64,000 nt of DNA, taken from contig NMRA01000198.1 in NCBI GenBank assembly GCA_002633005.1, positions 544,137 through 608,136 on the forward strand. Direction: 5' to 3'. The notes under the pieces are model-generated. The model ran no database searches. It had not been told where the DNA came from and saw only the letters and a list, made by a program, of their open reading frames with translations. This DNA comes from Phoronis australis. Lineage: Eukaryota; Animalia; Phoronida. This document shows, piece after piece, positions 42,601 through 55,100 of the stretch. Both the position numbers and the translations under genes were made by a program. Within the stretch, counting starts at the first letter, position 1. Each line of letters begins with the position of its first letter.

Positions 42601-44806
42601 AGTTTATTGGGGTTTACGCATATATGTATTGCTGGTGATTGGAATTGGTAATGGAAATGGAATTGCACAGCAAGGAATGTCATGAGATCAAGCTTAAGAG
42701 ATCAGAAGGTGCTATTCGATTTTCTTTTTTTTCAACCACCTAATCAAAGCAAAATCCAGCTTTGAGTACATTTGCAACCCAAAGGTCAGATTATTACTGA
42801 GTTAAAATCCTCACAGCATGTAATTTTGCCATTCTGAGGTTGTAGCAAAGCAACTAGTGAAGGAGTGTAGATTTCACAAACAGCTCTCACTGCTGCTTGC
42901 CAAAAGAACGATGTCTAGCTCAAACTGGAAGTCAAGCTTATGACCTTGCAGATGTGTGACTGATGCCTTAAATGACTAGGTCACCTCTCATGACAAAAGA
43001 TACCTTCACTAGATCTTTTCATTATAGCAGGCCATTTCAGATTTTCAAAATCAATTTGTTATTCTCAGTAACAATGTAGTTAATGTTTGAAATCAAAATC
43101 TGTATGTTATCATAGATATTGAATACAAAAATGTTTTATATAATAATATGTCTACTAGATCACAATAACTACAGCAATAATTCAACTCGCAAAAAGTTGA
43201 GCTATGTTTGCATGTCACCAACAGCCAGGCGTATTTTGATCATAGAATAACATGCGCAGACTCCAAGTTGACCAACCTTTTTCTTTGGGTGGTGCAAGCA
43301 ATGTGTCAGTGATAGCCAGTAGAAAGCGCAGGAGGACTTCCCAGGTGTCCTTGTTAATTATGGTGGATTCTTGTGCCATCGACTGAACGTTGCGCAACAC
43401 ACGGTGACAGAGTAAGGCTTGTCGCTTCACATGATCAGGCGCTAGCAAGGTATTCAGAAATTTGCAAATTGAATCGTCAAGAGAACTGAAGACAGTTTTG
43501 AATAACAGTAATACACAATATCCATTCATCTTAATGACAATCGCAGAAGTCACGGGAAACACCATTATTTTTTAGTACAATACCACGTCAACAAATAAGA
43601 GCTCGTTTTCTGCCAGTAGTTACATATTATTTTACTTTAATTGTTTTAACAATCTTTTGAATATTTGAATTGCACATCGCACATGAAATGACTAGGAATG
43701 CACCTCAAATTACAGAACAGTACCACCAGAGACAATTTCATAAATAACAGGAAACAAAAAATAGCGACTTAGCAAAGAAGCGTATCCCTGCGATACAGTC
43801 AAAATGTTTTGTATACATCTAAAAACATAAGCCAAAATAAATATCAATTTTCTCACTTGCACTTTGTCGTGGCACAAACAGGTTATACAGATGATGCAGC
43901 ATTGTCTGTGCGTAGGTGTTTGGTTGATCTAAGATTGGCTTGGGTACACACATCTTGGGTGTGGTTAAGGCAGACAGCCATTCACAGTAGATGTGCACAC
44001 AGTCACGGACAGCCTCATTTTCCTGGGAAGTGGTGTTGAATGGCAATGACAGGCCGTAACAGATAACCTGCAAAACCACGACCAAAATACAACATTATTC
44101 TTGTGAGGTAATGTTTGTCACGTGACCAATCAGCATTCTGGTACAGTTGTGAATTGAGCTCTTATGTTGTGAATGCCATCTCAAAAGACAAGGTGAATTA
44201 GGTGGTTCAAGTGTGCTGTGGTAATGACTGGCAGCAGAAAAATGACTAGAACAGTTAGGATAATTGTTAACTATCATATTTTTTTATTCCTTCAAAAATG
44301 CAATATCAACATTTTTGTATTTATAAACTGATATCTTTCTTTAAATTGCTTAGTACTACTATCCAGCACTTCACCCATGCAATTCAGGCCCAAGTTTTAG
44401 ACCTCAGAAATCAAACGTGACTGAAAATTTAAATTCAGTGATTGTTCGAGTACAATTCTGTGAGTGCACTTGAGTAGAGAGATTAGTCTCCAGGCTATGA
44501 CATTTTTGTAGACTTTCTCAAAGCATTTGATACTACTGACTCATCTACTAGAAGTGATACATTTTACACACCAGTTTAAATACAATGTCATTTCAGCTGT
44601 ACCTGCATGGTCCAGTCCACATGCTTGCCACTGGTCAGGTTGCTTGGCTCATTGTTTCCCTGTGGTACACTCAAGCTCTGAGTCAAGTTTCGCACAACTG
44701 AGCATGCTACTTCTTTGCCGACAGTGACGGGAAAGCTGTCAAGTACACTTTCATTGTCCTTGTTTGTTTGTATAAGAGGCTGCAGAGAAACCCATTCTGA
44801 ATACAT
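9605..44806 (-). CDS. RALGAPB: Ral GTPase-activating protein subunit beta, complete, 29 coding exons, about 1641 aa
   Basis: Exons in transcript order: 44603-44806, 43857-44067, 43277-43441, 41523-41756 (duplicate 40441-40674), 39395-39655, 38417-38563, 36838-37056, 36143-36384, 35173-35315, 34298-34401, 33245-33373, 32728-32832, 32117-32182, 31262-31383, 30726-30971, 24785-24895, 23819-23996, 22705-22793, 22306-22430 (duplicate 21090-21214), 20298-20471, 19210-19282, 18549-18725, 17370-17508, 16308-16451, 14117-14545, 12677-12952, 11791-11953, 11241-11357, 9605-9737. They sum to 4926 nt with consistent phases. Diagnostic peptides: [95 protein letters not shown]. Confidence 0.96.
10022..10090. 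repeat. 20-bp tandem repeat, about 3.5 copies
   Basis: Unit CGGAACATGACACTGGTCTA, in the last RALGAPB intron. Confidence 0.85.
15284..15328 (-). CDS. Candidate 45-nt cassette exon of RALGAPB
   Basis: TAG acceptor and G|GTATG donor. Phase 1-1 matches the flanking exons and the frame is open ([15 protein letters not shown]), but the polypyrimidine tract is weak. Confidence 0.3.
18190..18470. repeat. Minisatellite, 7 x 40 bp
   Basis: Unit ACCATCAGAGTACCATGAACGACAGGTCCTGTGATGACGG, recurring at exactly 40-bp spacing (18191, 18231 ... 18431). Intronic. Confidence 0.95.
20766..20976. mobile_element. Fold-back (palindromic) MITE of about 210 bp; second copy at 21982-22192 within the duplication
   Basis: Imperfect inverted arms of about 100 bp, aaaactagtaaaacta...ctcaagggtgtgct / agcacacccttgag...tagtttaactagtttt, with only a few nt of loop. 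Confidence 0.8.
21392..21750. mobile_element. Non-autonomous DNA transposon inserted at TTAA (Kolobok-like terminus), truncated by the gap
   Basis: Copy 1 reads tttatTAA|ggtaggtgtatacac... whereas copy 2 reads tttatTAA|caaaatcc (empty site). Confidence 0.5.
25183..25457. mobile_element. MITE with TIRs and internal ATTGGCAATC repeats
   Basis: TIRs tgccagaaaaaaataaaatt / aattttattttctctggca, with several internal (a)ttggcaatc-like repeats. Confidence 0.65.
29082..29135 (-). CDS. Candidate 54-nt cassette exon of RALGAPB ([18 protein letters not shown])
   Basis: Strong acceptor (cttctgtttcaactttcag) and donor G|GTAAAT. Phase 0-0 matches the 5.8-kb host intron and the frame is open. Confidence 0.5.
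33483..33572. repeat. Short inverted-repeat element (13-bp perfect arms AGGGGAGATAACT)
   Basis: aggggagataact at 33483-33495 and agttatctcccct at 33560-33572. Confidence 0.6.
37107..37207. mobile_element. Small hairpin MITE-like element (copy 2)
   Basis: atagtcact...gtattttgagaaccagt / actggttctcaaaat...agtgactat; same family as 327-413. Confidence 0.6.
39811..42116. repeat. Near-identical duplication (39811-41034 vs about 41287-42116) flanking the assembly 'n' at about 41286; includes RALGAPB coding exon 4
   Basis: Both 234-nt exon copies encode the same peptide with 5 synonymous differences. The left copy carries an extra ~394 bp (39931-40324). Confidence 0.9.
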
Positions 44807-46039
44807 CTTGTTACATGCTAATGTGCACCAGTGCTAATGACCTGAAAAATGAATGCGTTTTAATGAGATCAGTTTGTGGTAATTCAGATGTGTCCAAGAT
44901 AAACTTGAACAGAAGCAGTCACAAAAGCCAAAGGAAGCATGGGGACTACTCATGACTCAAATGATTCCCTATGAAAATAGTCAAAGAATAGTAAGAACCA
45001 TATTACTTCTGGCAAAAATGGGAGTCATTGATACTGTTGGGCCCAGGGTTTAATCTTTGTACTCATAATCAAGCTCAAGAATGTTTTTGACAACTTCTGT
45101 TTTAGTTTTGCACACTCAAGCTAAATGTCCATTATTCTGAGCTATTATTCTGGTTTATGTGGATTACTGTCTAATTACAGTTTGCACTTGATGATCCCAG
45201 GATTAAAGCACCGAAACATAAGAAAAATTATTTTACTGTAAGTTCCAGAAGTTGTGACTTTTCATCTTGTTAGTTATGAACCTGAATGAGTAATGTCCAA
45301 GTCTAAGAATATATAATGTAACAAACTACTGTTATAATACTAAATAAAATTTGTATCTACTAAAAAAAACAAGAATATACATTTCACATCTCATTTCTTT
45401 GATACCTTCTATACACTTGAGGATATATTTATAACAATAAAACTTCAATAGTTTATCCTGTCTGAATAGGTCTTAGACAAGGCATAATTTGTCTAAAGTT
45501 TCCATCTCACAGAGTCAGTTGGGATGGGCATCCTTTGATGTATGCAAGCTAGAGCTCTGACAAGAAGAACCGAATAATTCAGACGTTATTCTGTTGTCGC
45601 CTGGTTTTCAAAATCCAAGATCACAACATGCTAACAGTGCCGAACCCCTCCACTGTCTCAGACTTAGTGACACAGCGGACACTAAATGATCAGTCACTGA
45701 CTTACGCTCGACATTTCAAATCAAAGACAAAGTGAACACTACCCTTGTGAACCACAGGCCCCGTTAATCAGACGCTCGCATGATACTATAATAAATATAT
45801 ATATTAGTACATAAGTCATAACGGCGAGCGACTGATGATGGGAGTGCCTGTGGGCTGTGACTATGTGTTGTGAACAGTCGCGGAAAAACATGACAAACGT
45901 AAAAATGCTGTACATGATTAGGATAGGTTGGCTTGAAAATGGTTGGCATGTCGAAAATAAGTGTTCGTGCACACTCTGACTTACAATGCAATGACAACAC
46001 AAAAGTGGTTTGTTGTCAATGTTGATGAATCCTGCAACT

Positions 46040-46168
46040 CTACGTCTCCATCGTTTTTACTTTATCCGCATGATGGCGGTAGTGGAACTTCCTCTTCAAT
46101 CCCGAAAAATTTCCGTTGATTTCCGGAATGTCACGTGACTTGCTTAGCGACAGCAGAAAGCAACCAAG
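46040..46168. promoter_or_regulatory. Bidirectional promoter shared by RALGAPB and AK7
   Basis: CpG-rich segment between divergent genes. YY1-like ATGGCGG at about 46073, ETS-like TTCCGGAA at 46121-46128, palindromic GTCACGTGAC at 46130-46139, and RFX X-box-like CTTGCTTAGCGAC at 46139-46151. Perfect minus-strand GTAAGT donors at about 45984 and 45705 suggest RALGAPB 5' UTR exons. Confidence 0.7.
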
Positions 46169-49100
46169 ATGTCGGACACAGAGAGAGCTCGTAAACGCAT
46201 GTTTATAAATCATGTAGATCAGTACGAAGGCAAAAATTTAGCAAAGGTAATTAGCCACCGTACGACAAATTAACAACTGATATGTTCTCAAAATAGTCCA
46301 ACTTATATTTTCTACCCTCAGTCCTTATGTTTACGTGACGGTTTTGCATTGCAAAGGAGAAATGGCTGCCGCGGATCCTGACGGTTACTAGATAGTCAGT
46401 AGGTTTCTACCGTCTCAACTTGTCCAGTTGAGACGGTGGAACTGTCAAGACTGGAGTGAGAGGGTTTAAATCAAGGACAACCTTTTACCAACTTCTTGTT
46501 TGAATATTGTATGTTGCCACGTCATTTTGATGAGTTAAAGATGAGTGGTGTTCTGTATTGCAGTTCAAACTATTTGAAAGCCCTCCTTACCTCTATGTTT
46601 TGTGTAATTCATAATGACATTTACATTGCCAAAAATTTACGATAAAATCGTGAATCATGATGGCTACCTCGCTGTCACTGAATCAGTGTCGGCAGTGAAG
46701 TGGTTAGTATCTTTGGCTTTGCAGGTCATGTTTGTAATTGATGTTTCATGAACCGATCAAATGCACTTTCACTTACAAACCACAATATTGATGAGATTTT
46801 CCATAACTCAGTTACCAGTAAACAATGCAGCAACCACTCAACGTTGGACTATATTGTCAGATTCGTCAAGAACAGTCTTTAAATAACAGAAATTCAGAAA
46901 TTCACCTCCCCCCGCCAGTAATATTTTAGTATATTCACGGTATTACTGGCCCTGTCAGTGTATTGAAATCACAAGTCATGATACACCTGGCCTTGGGTTT
47001 GCTCCATTAATGATTGTTTAAATATAGTATTAGTTTGCAAGCACTTTTAATTGCTCACAATTATGGGTGGCTTTAACGGTAAGACACATGCACACTATCG
47101 TGATTTATATCTGTTAAAACTTTGCAAGCTTTTGGCTTGACCTTGGCACTGCATGAGACTTATATTAAACATTACCAGATGATTACTTTTTTGCAGAATA
47201 GGAATATGCCCCTTACAAATATTTTAAGTGTTATTTTTTAATTCAAGTTATGTTAATTGAAGGCACATAACAGCCAAATTTCAGACATAATGTAGAATTG
47301 TCGTGAGGACTTGACAGGAACCTCAGGGGTCTCACACTCAACTGATTTATCCAAATTATTTTAAAAACGCTTTGCCCAGTCACACATTGTGTGTCATAAA
47401 AGAGATAAGCATACCTGCAGCTGACTGAGCAAGTAGAACTACTCTCGTTATCACATTGGTGTAGACTCACAGTTGAACTGTAGTTTTCTGTTGACCCCAG
47501 ACCATCCGGAGTTGCAACATATACCAACTCCAGACGGTCTCTCACGACGATGAAGTGTGCTTCTTTTGCAGTCAGAGATGGTCTCCCTAATCTCCAACAG
47601 CCACACATATCATAGACTTGTAATTGGCTTTCCTTTGTTGTCATCTCCTGGGAAATAGTTAAATCATGTGTGGTTTCTTTTTCAGTATCTGTCCCAGTGT
47701 GTGGTCGGAGCGTCCCTTGAGGATGTTGAAGAAGAAGAGGAAGAGGCCAGATCCGATGATGAGGGGGCGCCACTGGCACCCAAGGAAGGCTGTTTTGAGA
47801 TTTTTGGAACCGTAAAAGATAAAACCAGTCCTAAACCGGATTTTGTGAAAGAAATTATCAACGTGAGTAAACTTAGGCTTAGTGTAACTATTGAAGGACA
47901 AGGCAAGGCAAAATGACATTAATGTAATTCTTTCGTCTTGTAGATTTTGTATCTCCACATGTTGTTGTTTTGCTTTGTATAATTTTGTGTTTTTAATACG
48001 TATTATTATCGTTATAATAATTAAATGTTCAATTCAAGACTCTTTGTTGCACAAAAATACTGTCTGGCTTAAACCGTTATCCTCTAATATATGTTAAAAT
48101 ATAGACAATTGCTATATGGTATATATTAGGAATTACAATATTTATTTGAAATTTCAGTATGAAACAAAAGAACAGTTGTACGAGCAGATGGTGGAGTGCG
48201 ACATTATAGTGTATGACATAACTGAAGACCCGGACCAAATTGATGATGCCACGTGGGCAGTTTCAGGTGTGTTTGACGGAACATATTATCATTGTACAAA
48301 GCTCATCTGGTACACTTACTTCCCAGTGCTACAGTTGCCTCTAAGTGCTTTTGAGTGCAAGTCTTGTCATTATGGCCTGGTTCTTGTATCTTGAACTCTG
48401 CGTCGTAATGCCTTCCTGTGAATTTGTATGTTTTGTGTGACATAAAATTGTATCGGACATTATTGAGCTGAGACGGAAGTCACTTAACTCGGAGGGGTGT
48501 AAATATGCGATAAGATGTTCGGAATTGCTCGCTGTAGTTGCACTTCTATGTAAGGTTTTGCAACACCAGCAACGTACTCTTGGTTACTGAGCAATTTTTT
48601 TTTAATTCTTAAATTGACAACTCACAAAGACTTCTGCTCCATAGACATTGACCTACTGATATCAAGAACATCAAGTAGTTGAATTAACCTTTTTGAAACT
48701 ATTTGTCATTCATGTCCACTTTGTATATGTGTAGCCTTAATGTAAAATCCATACTTTAAGCTGTATTAACATGATTAGTGAAATATGCTTCAATTTGTCC
48801 CTCTTCTGTCCTTGCAGAGTTGCATTCGGACCTTGACAAGGTAGAGAACCAGAAGATTTTCATTCTCATATCTTCAGTCATGACCTGGGCACGCAGTAAA
48901 CCACTTGACCCCGTAAGTATGAGTCGAACAGCTAGGTTAAAGGTCATGTTACTGATTCAACAGGATGGTATTAGGCTGATAATTATTCAACATGAAATCA
49001 TGCAGCTTATATCTTGTTTGATATCCAACTTTAAGTAAAGGATTTGAGCTCCAGTATGTGGGAGTAACATTGCGACATGTACACAAGTGACAAAGCATTG

Positions 49101-52100
49101 TTAAGTTTTCTTTCACTCTATCAGAAGAACATGCCTTTGATTGTGTGAGAGAAATGACACGAAACTTGTCAACTGTTAGCAACTGACCTTACTTGCACCA
49201 ATTACTTATTAAATGAATGCCTTTTTAGACTGTTATAGCCAGTTACATGTATTTATATAATTAAAATCTAGATTACTTACTGTTACTTTGCTTTATAAGT
49301 ATCAGGTGAAGCCAGTTCATGCTCAAGTATTTAAAGTTCTTACTACACTATAGGATGACCCCGAGATACCTTTCACTGAGGATGACTACAGACGAAGGAA
49401 ACCACATCCTAATTTCAAAGAACACATCAGTGCTGAGAAAACAGTGATCAAACTTGGCAAGACAAACAAGTCAAAGCTCAGCACATATGTGATAGCGTCT
49501 GGTTTAACATACGGAGCTGGCGAAAATATTTTCCACTATCTTTTCAAGGTAATTCCATTTCTTTTTCATATAAATTACCCATACCTTACTGGTTAATTGA
49601 TATATCTGATTTTGATCATTGGCCTACTCTTAACTTGTCGTGGGAATATTTCTGTTTCTCGTTTTGATTTGTTGAGAATTCATTGGAGCTGATGTACATA
49701 ATTATAAAAAAAATTTGAGTGAATTCACTTTGGCACAAAATGACAATTTCACAGATGTAATAGAGTTTTTCAAGAAATGGTCATCAAACCCTTGAACTGA
49801 TGACAACCTATGGGCTCATATCTGAGTAGTTAACGCCTATGCATTTAACAGAAATAATCAACCGTTCCCCACACCATATCTTAAGTTTATCCATCTACCT
49901 GTTTTTCTTTTCATGTAGGTATTTGCTTACCACCCATGCTCGGGTTACTGCCTGCCCCAGAAACTTATTAATAAATTTATTTTAAGCACCCATGTTTGAC
50001 TTACCTGCCCATACCAAATTTATATGACCTCTGTCTTTGTTAACACCTGTCTCATCAAAATGTATCTAGTATATGACTTACCATGATATTTGATCGTGCA
50101 CCCCTCCTCCCCCCGACTGCTCAAAAATTTTGCCTTTAGCCTTCATGTTCAGCTTAACGCACACGCCCTGATTTTTGACTTCCCCAATGTTAGCTGCGTG
50201 GGCAATAGCCCAGACATGTATAGTACTACGTTGGAGCTACACTGGCGTGCAATGTCTTGCCAAACTGAGAAGTATAATTAGCCCTAGTGAGCACTCTTGT
50301 ATCACAGTCTGCAGAAAGTTTGCGACAAATTTTCTATCAAAGCACCGTCCGAAAACAAATCAAGACATTTCAGTTTTGCTATTGTGATATGGGATGATGG
50401 CCTGTCGCATTTGAAAGGTTTAGTTATTTCCTCTTGACATGTGGGAAATATTAAGTTGTCATGCAAGTTTTCTGTTCATTGGTCATCTTCTTGCTCTTTC
50501 TTTTTCAGGCTGCCTGGCACAATGCTGCAGAGTTGCAGTGTTTTGGTAATGGACAGAACGTCATTCCTACCATTCACATCAAAGATTTGGCAGCGTAAGA
50601 AGTAACACTTATCATTTTACCGTTTTCTTTAGTATCTTACATGTCAGAAATTCACAAGTTCTGGAAATGAGTTATCAGTTTCAGTGTAATTTTGAAACAG
50701 TTGTTGCCAGGAATGATAAAAATAAGTGAATTGAAACCTGTACCAAACAGTAAAATGCAGATAAATCATAGACGTCTATCTGTATATAGTGTATTTTAAT
50801 TCCTTGCATTATATTTTGCAAAAAAATTAAGAGGTGCTTTTTATGCTATACCTACACAGACGTCCCTGTATATTTGTTTCATATATTCTATTGTAACATA
50901 CATATTTTCATTTTATAAACTTTAAAATTGATGACTGACCCATTATTTTTTCAAATGGTTTTTAATGAATGCTTTCTATTTTTGCCAGTGTCATTCAAAA
51001 CATAGCTGATGCAAGACCCAAAGTACGTTACCTGATTGCCGTTGACGACTCTCAGAACACACTTGAAGAAATCGTGAGAGCCGTTAGTACAAACCTTGGT
51101 ACAGGCAAGGTCAAGCAGATAACTAAAGAGGAGGCCTTACTTTGTAAAGACATTGAGGTAGTTAGAACGACTTATGTCAACAGAGATGTACTGTTCCATA
51201 ACCGAACTATCGAACTTAAGTCTTGACTAAAAATTAAAGCTTTATTGACCATAGGTTCGGCATGTCAAAAGTGGCCAATTTTATGGTGAGGTAGAATAAC
51301 AATGAGACAGTTTATTACACTCAAAATATCACTTGTGAGCTCACTTTCTATGACAGTACTATGGAGAACAAGAAGTGTCAACTTGCCTTATTTCACGACT
51401 TGTTTGTGACGCCTCAAAAGATTTAGTCCAAGTAGTCGACAATGACATTGTGTGAAACCGAAGCAGTACTCAGTATAGCTTTAACCACTTACAATGCATA
51501 AAGTTTCAAAGTCTACATAGCAAGCCATGCAATTAGATATTTTTTGTTAGGTGTCAAATGAATTTAAGTTTGGTGTCCGGCCTATTGTCTTAAGTTTTGT
51601 AGTTAATGTTTGTAAGTACTTTACACTAAGTGAGGAAATTTGTGAGGAATATTAATTATCAGAGAAATTGGGTAGTGAAATAGTCAGTTTTTCAAGTTAT
51701 GTTTTGTAATTTGTGAATGCAATCCTACTCTATAGCTGAGACGCAGGTTTGTGCCTATTAAATTTCTAATGATTTCTGAAACCTTGTTTTGCAATTGACC
51801 ATTTTCATATCATTGTCATTATTGTTTTCCCTGAATACTTTCAGCAAGCTGATTTTGACCAACTGCTTGTTAACCTGCGCATGGATGCTGTGTTTGTCAA
51901 GGAGAACATGCATATTAACTGGGTGGGAGAGTTGGGTGTGGTCGAAAACATCAAGCCCGTCATTAAGGAGTACAAAGAAACACGCGGCCTTAATGTGAGT
52001 AAACTATCTGATAGTCTAATGTATGAAAAATGTGCAAATGTGGTTGGTTTTATACCGTGTCTTTTATAGTTAATCGCTGGGTTTATATGTTAAATATAGA

Positions 52101-55100
52101 ATTTTTCATTAACTTTTATATCGTTAAATTGCTTCATAAAAGAATTTTTGAATCATATGAAATAAAATTCATGAAGTTGTTAAAGTTAAAAATCGTAACA
52201 TCTTTAATTTTCAAAAGTTATAATCCGTGAACTGAAAATTTAATTCGAAGTGGAGGCAAGTCATTTACTCTTCTTTTTGTTGACTATGATTTACTATTAA
52301 TCATTCTTTCAGCCAATGAGGGCGTGTGTTCTGGGACCCCCTGCAGCAGGTAAAAGTACGGTGGTCAAACAGCTGTGCGAGTTCTACAAACTGCACCACA
52401 TTAAAATAAAGGACGTGATTGATGAAGCAATTGAATATCAGGTGAGTTGGTGTTGTGGAACCCCCTTCTTTCTAAACAGCAAATGCTTGAGCTCTGACTT
52501 AGGCTGGTCATACCAGAGGTATGATTTCATGATGGTTAAACATCTTGGGAAGTGTTTTGTATGAAACACACATTTCTCTTGATCAATATGACAGTTGACC
52601 TGCAAAATGTTCTTTGAATTGATGTTCTTGACTCATGCCCTCTGTAATAAACATTAAAAACAATCATTCCCGAACAATCAGCTCAAGCAAGCAATGTTAA
52701 CCAAATCTGCGTGGCAGATGGTCCCATGGACAGGCACTTAATTATGAAGTAGATCATACATGGACTGAAAAAAATGTTGTTTGTATTTGTTTTGCATAAT
52801 TTGTTAATTATTAGCATGACAGATTCCTACTCGGGCAATTTAAAGCTACCCAAAGTTCTTTGAGGTGGAAGAAGCTAAATAACTCATTGATCACAACAGG
52901 CACAGCTTTCTTTTGTTGATTTTTGCCTTTGAAGTCAATGGTTTACACAAATGTCTCTGAAATTAACTGAAGGATAGAAGAAAATGAAATTAAAATGCAT
53001 TTCCAATGGTTATGATATTCCACTATTAACTCAGGCTGATAGTCATGCTCCGGCAAACAACCATTCACAATAGGACAGTAGTTGATGGCCAGAAACATTG
53101 GGGTTGGTGTAATGTGGTAATTGAGCCAATACCAAGTGGCTTGGTCTGGGTAAGAATGGATTGCTCAGCCAGGGAAGGATGTCTGTTTTTCATTCTTGTG
53201 ATTTTGGATCATAGCAAATGAAAAGTCCCTGAGCAACATATTTTCTTTCCGGACTTAGACGTCATGTGATTTCCCATCTCATGTTGCTGCGGCTTCATTT
53301 CACTTTAGGAGTCACTGGCGGCACGAGCCAACGCTCAAGACCAAGAAGAGGATGATGACGGGGCGGCACAAGATGCTCAGGAGTTGCTGGACTCCATCAA
53401 CGAATCGAAAGAGCAAAATGGCGGCAGAATTGAAGACCAATACATCATACGATTCTATAGGGACAAACTTCACTCAATGCCATGCCAGAACCAAGGATTC
53501 ATCCTGGATGGTTTCCCAAAGACGCTGGAACAGGCAAAGGATCTGTTTGCTGGTAAATTTTGTGACAGCTTCTATCATGATGGGTTGTGATATGAACCCA
53601 TGTTATAGCAAAACTAACTTTTTGTTTAGAGCACTAAATAATGCTCTATAAAACTTGTCTCCACGTACTCAGTTGAGAAGTAGTGTGTTAACTTGGAATG
53701 AGCTGACATTTATAGTCATTCTTTGAGAATATGCTCGGTACTTATAATGACCAAATATGTGGAGCCGACTTTAATTGTTGAGCCTCAGGTCTCAAGCAAT
53801 AACAAAGTGTCAGTATTCTTTGTATCCCAGAAACCATCTCTGTTTCGAATAAAAATCAAGTTGAGGCCAAATTCATAACCCTTACGGTAAATTGTCTAAA
53901 TCAAAGATCGTTTTCTGACAGAAATATAGCGACTGATTATATGGAATCGAACCTTTTGCCCTCTTGCTGACAAAGAGGTGACTTTATGTTCTTTTGATTT
54001 GATACGTAATTTAAATGTCTTTTCTTAAAAGTGTTATTCACCTTAATTAGAAGTACATCCCGATAGCAGCAGGGTCACCTTAGCACCATGTGGCAGCAGG
54101 GACCCAAACAAACTGTTTTAATATCCAAAGGAATGTGATGGGTGGATATGATCTTTTGTTGGCAACTCAATATTTACCAGGTGTGTTGATGTAGACGGGC
54201 CATTTTTTAATATTTGATTATGTCAAGAGCAGAAAGCATGTCTGAACATGGGGACATTCGTGTGATAAGGATCAAAAAATGGTTACCGTACTGCACACAT
54301 TTCTGCGACCCAGGTTTCTGGAGCACCACATGGTGAAATTTAGAATGGAATCCCCACTGAATTAAGGAAGTTGATTTTTTTTGAAAGTTAACAATTTTCA
54401 TGTTGTAGCTGAAGAGGATGAGGAAGCTGAAGAGGAGGGTGCGGTCACTCATGACCAGTTGACCATGCCGGAGGTGGTTGTGGTGTTGGATGGGACAGAC
54501 GACTTTCTGAAGGAGCGTGTCATGAATCTTCCGGAGTCTGTCGTGGCGGGAACGCACAATACAGAGGAACACTTAGTGCGTCGTCTTGGCGAATATAGGT
54601 CGCTGAACACGGAGGATGAAACGGTTTTGAACTTCTTCGATGAAATTGAAATACATCCTGAACACATAGGTATTTTGTGGGAGACTGTCGTTAGAATTGT
54701 TGTCAGTGCCGTCTGTCTGCACATGTTTTGGCCCACATGCCATGCACATATTTTGAGCTACGCTACTTTATGTGAAGCTGTTCCTAAATCCTTATTCGTT
54801 GGTATAAAACCAAGATGAAAATTTTAATAACATTTCAGTGAAGGTTGACTCAGTATCTTACTGAAGATGCTGACTAGTCCATACCTGAAACTTAGGTAGA
54901 TTTGCCTAATGTTTTTTTTGAAGAAAAATACATGGAATCAGAAAGTTTGGTGTATGGGCCTCAGTGCATGCATTTGTGGTAATGTAACTGAACTGAGTAG
55001 GTTAAAGAGCTTTGTTGGTTATTTTAAGTAAACTTTATGGAGATAACTCAACAGTTTGCTTTGCATAGTAATAGTTGAATTCTCATCACTTTCCAGTGCC

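Noticed and set aside
47243-47958. Minus-strand ORFs of 178, 99 and 74 aa
   Set aside because: They overlap AK7 exon 2 in antisense and extend into the flanking introns, with no recognisable domain.
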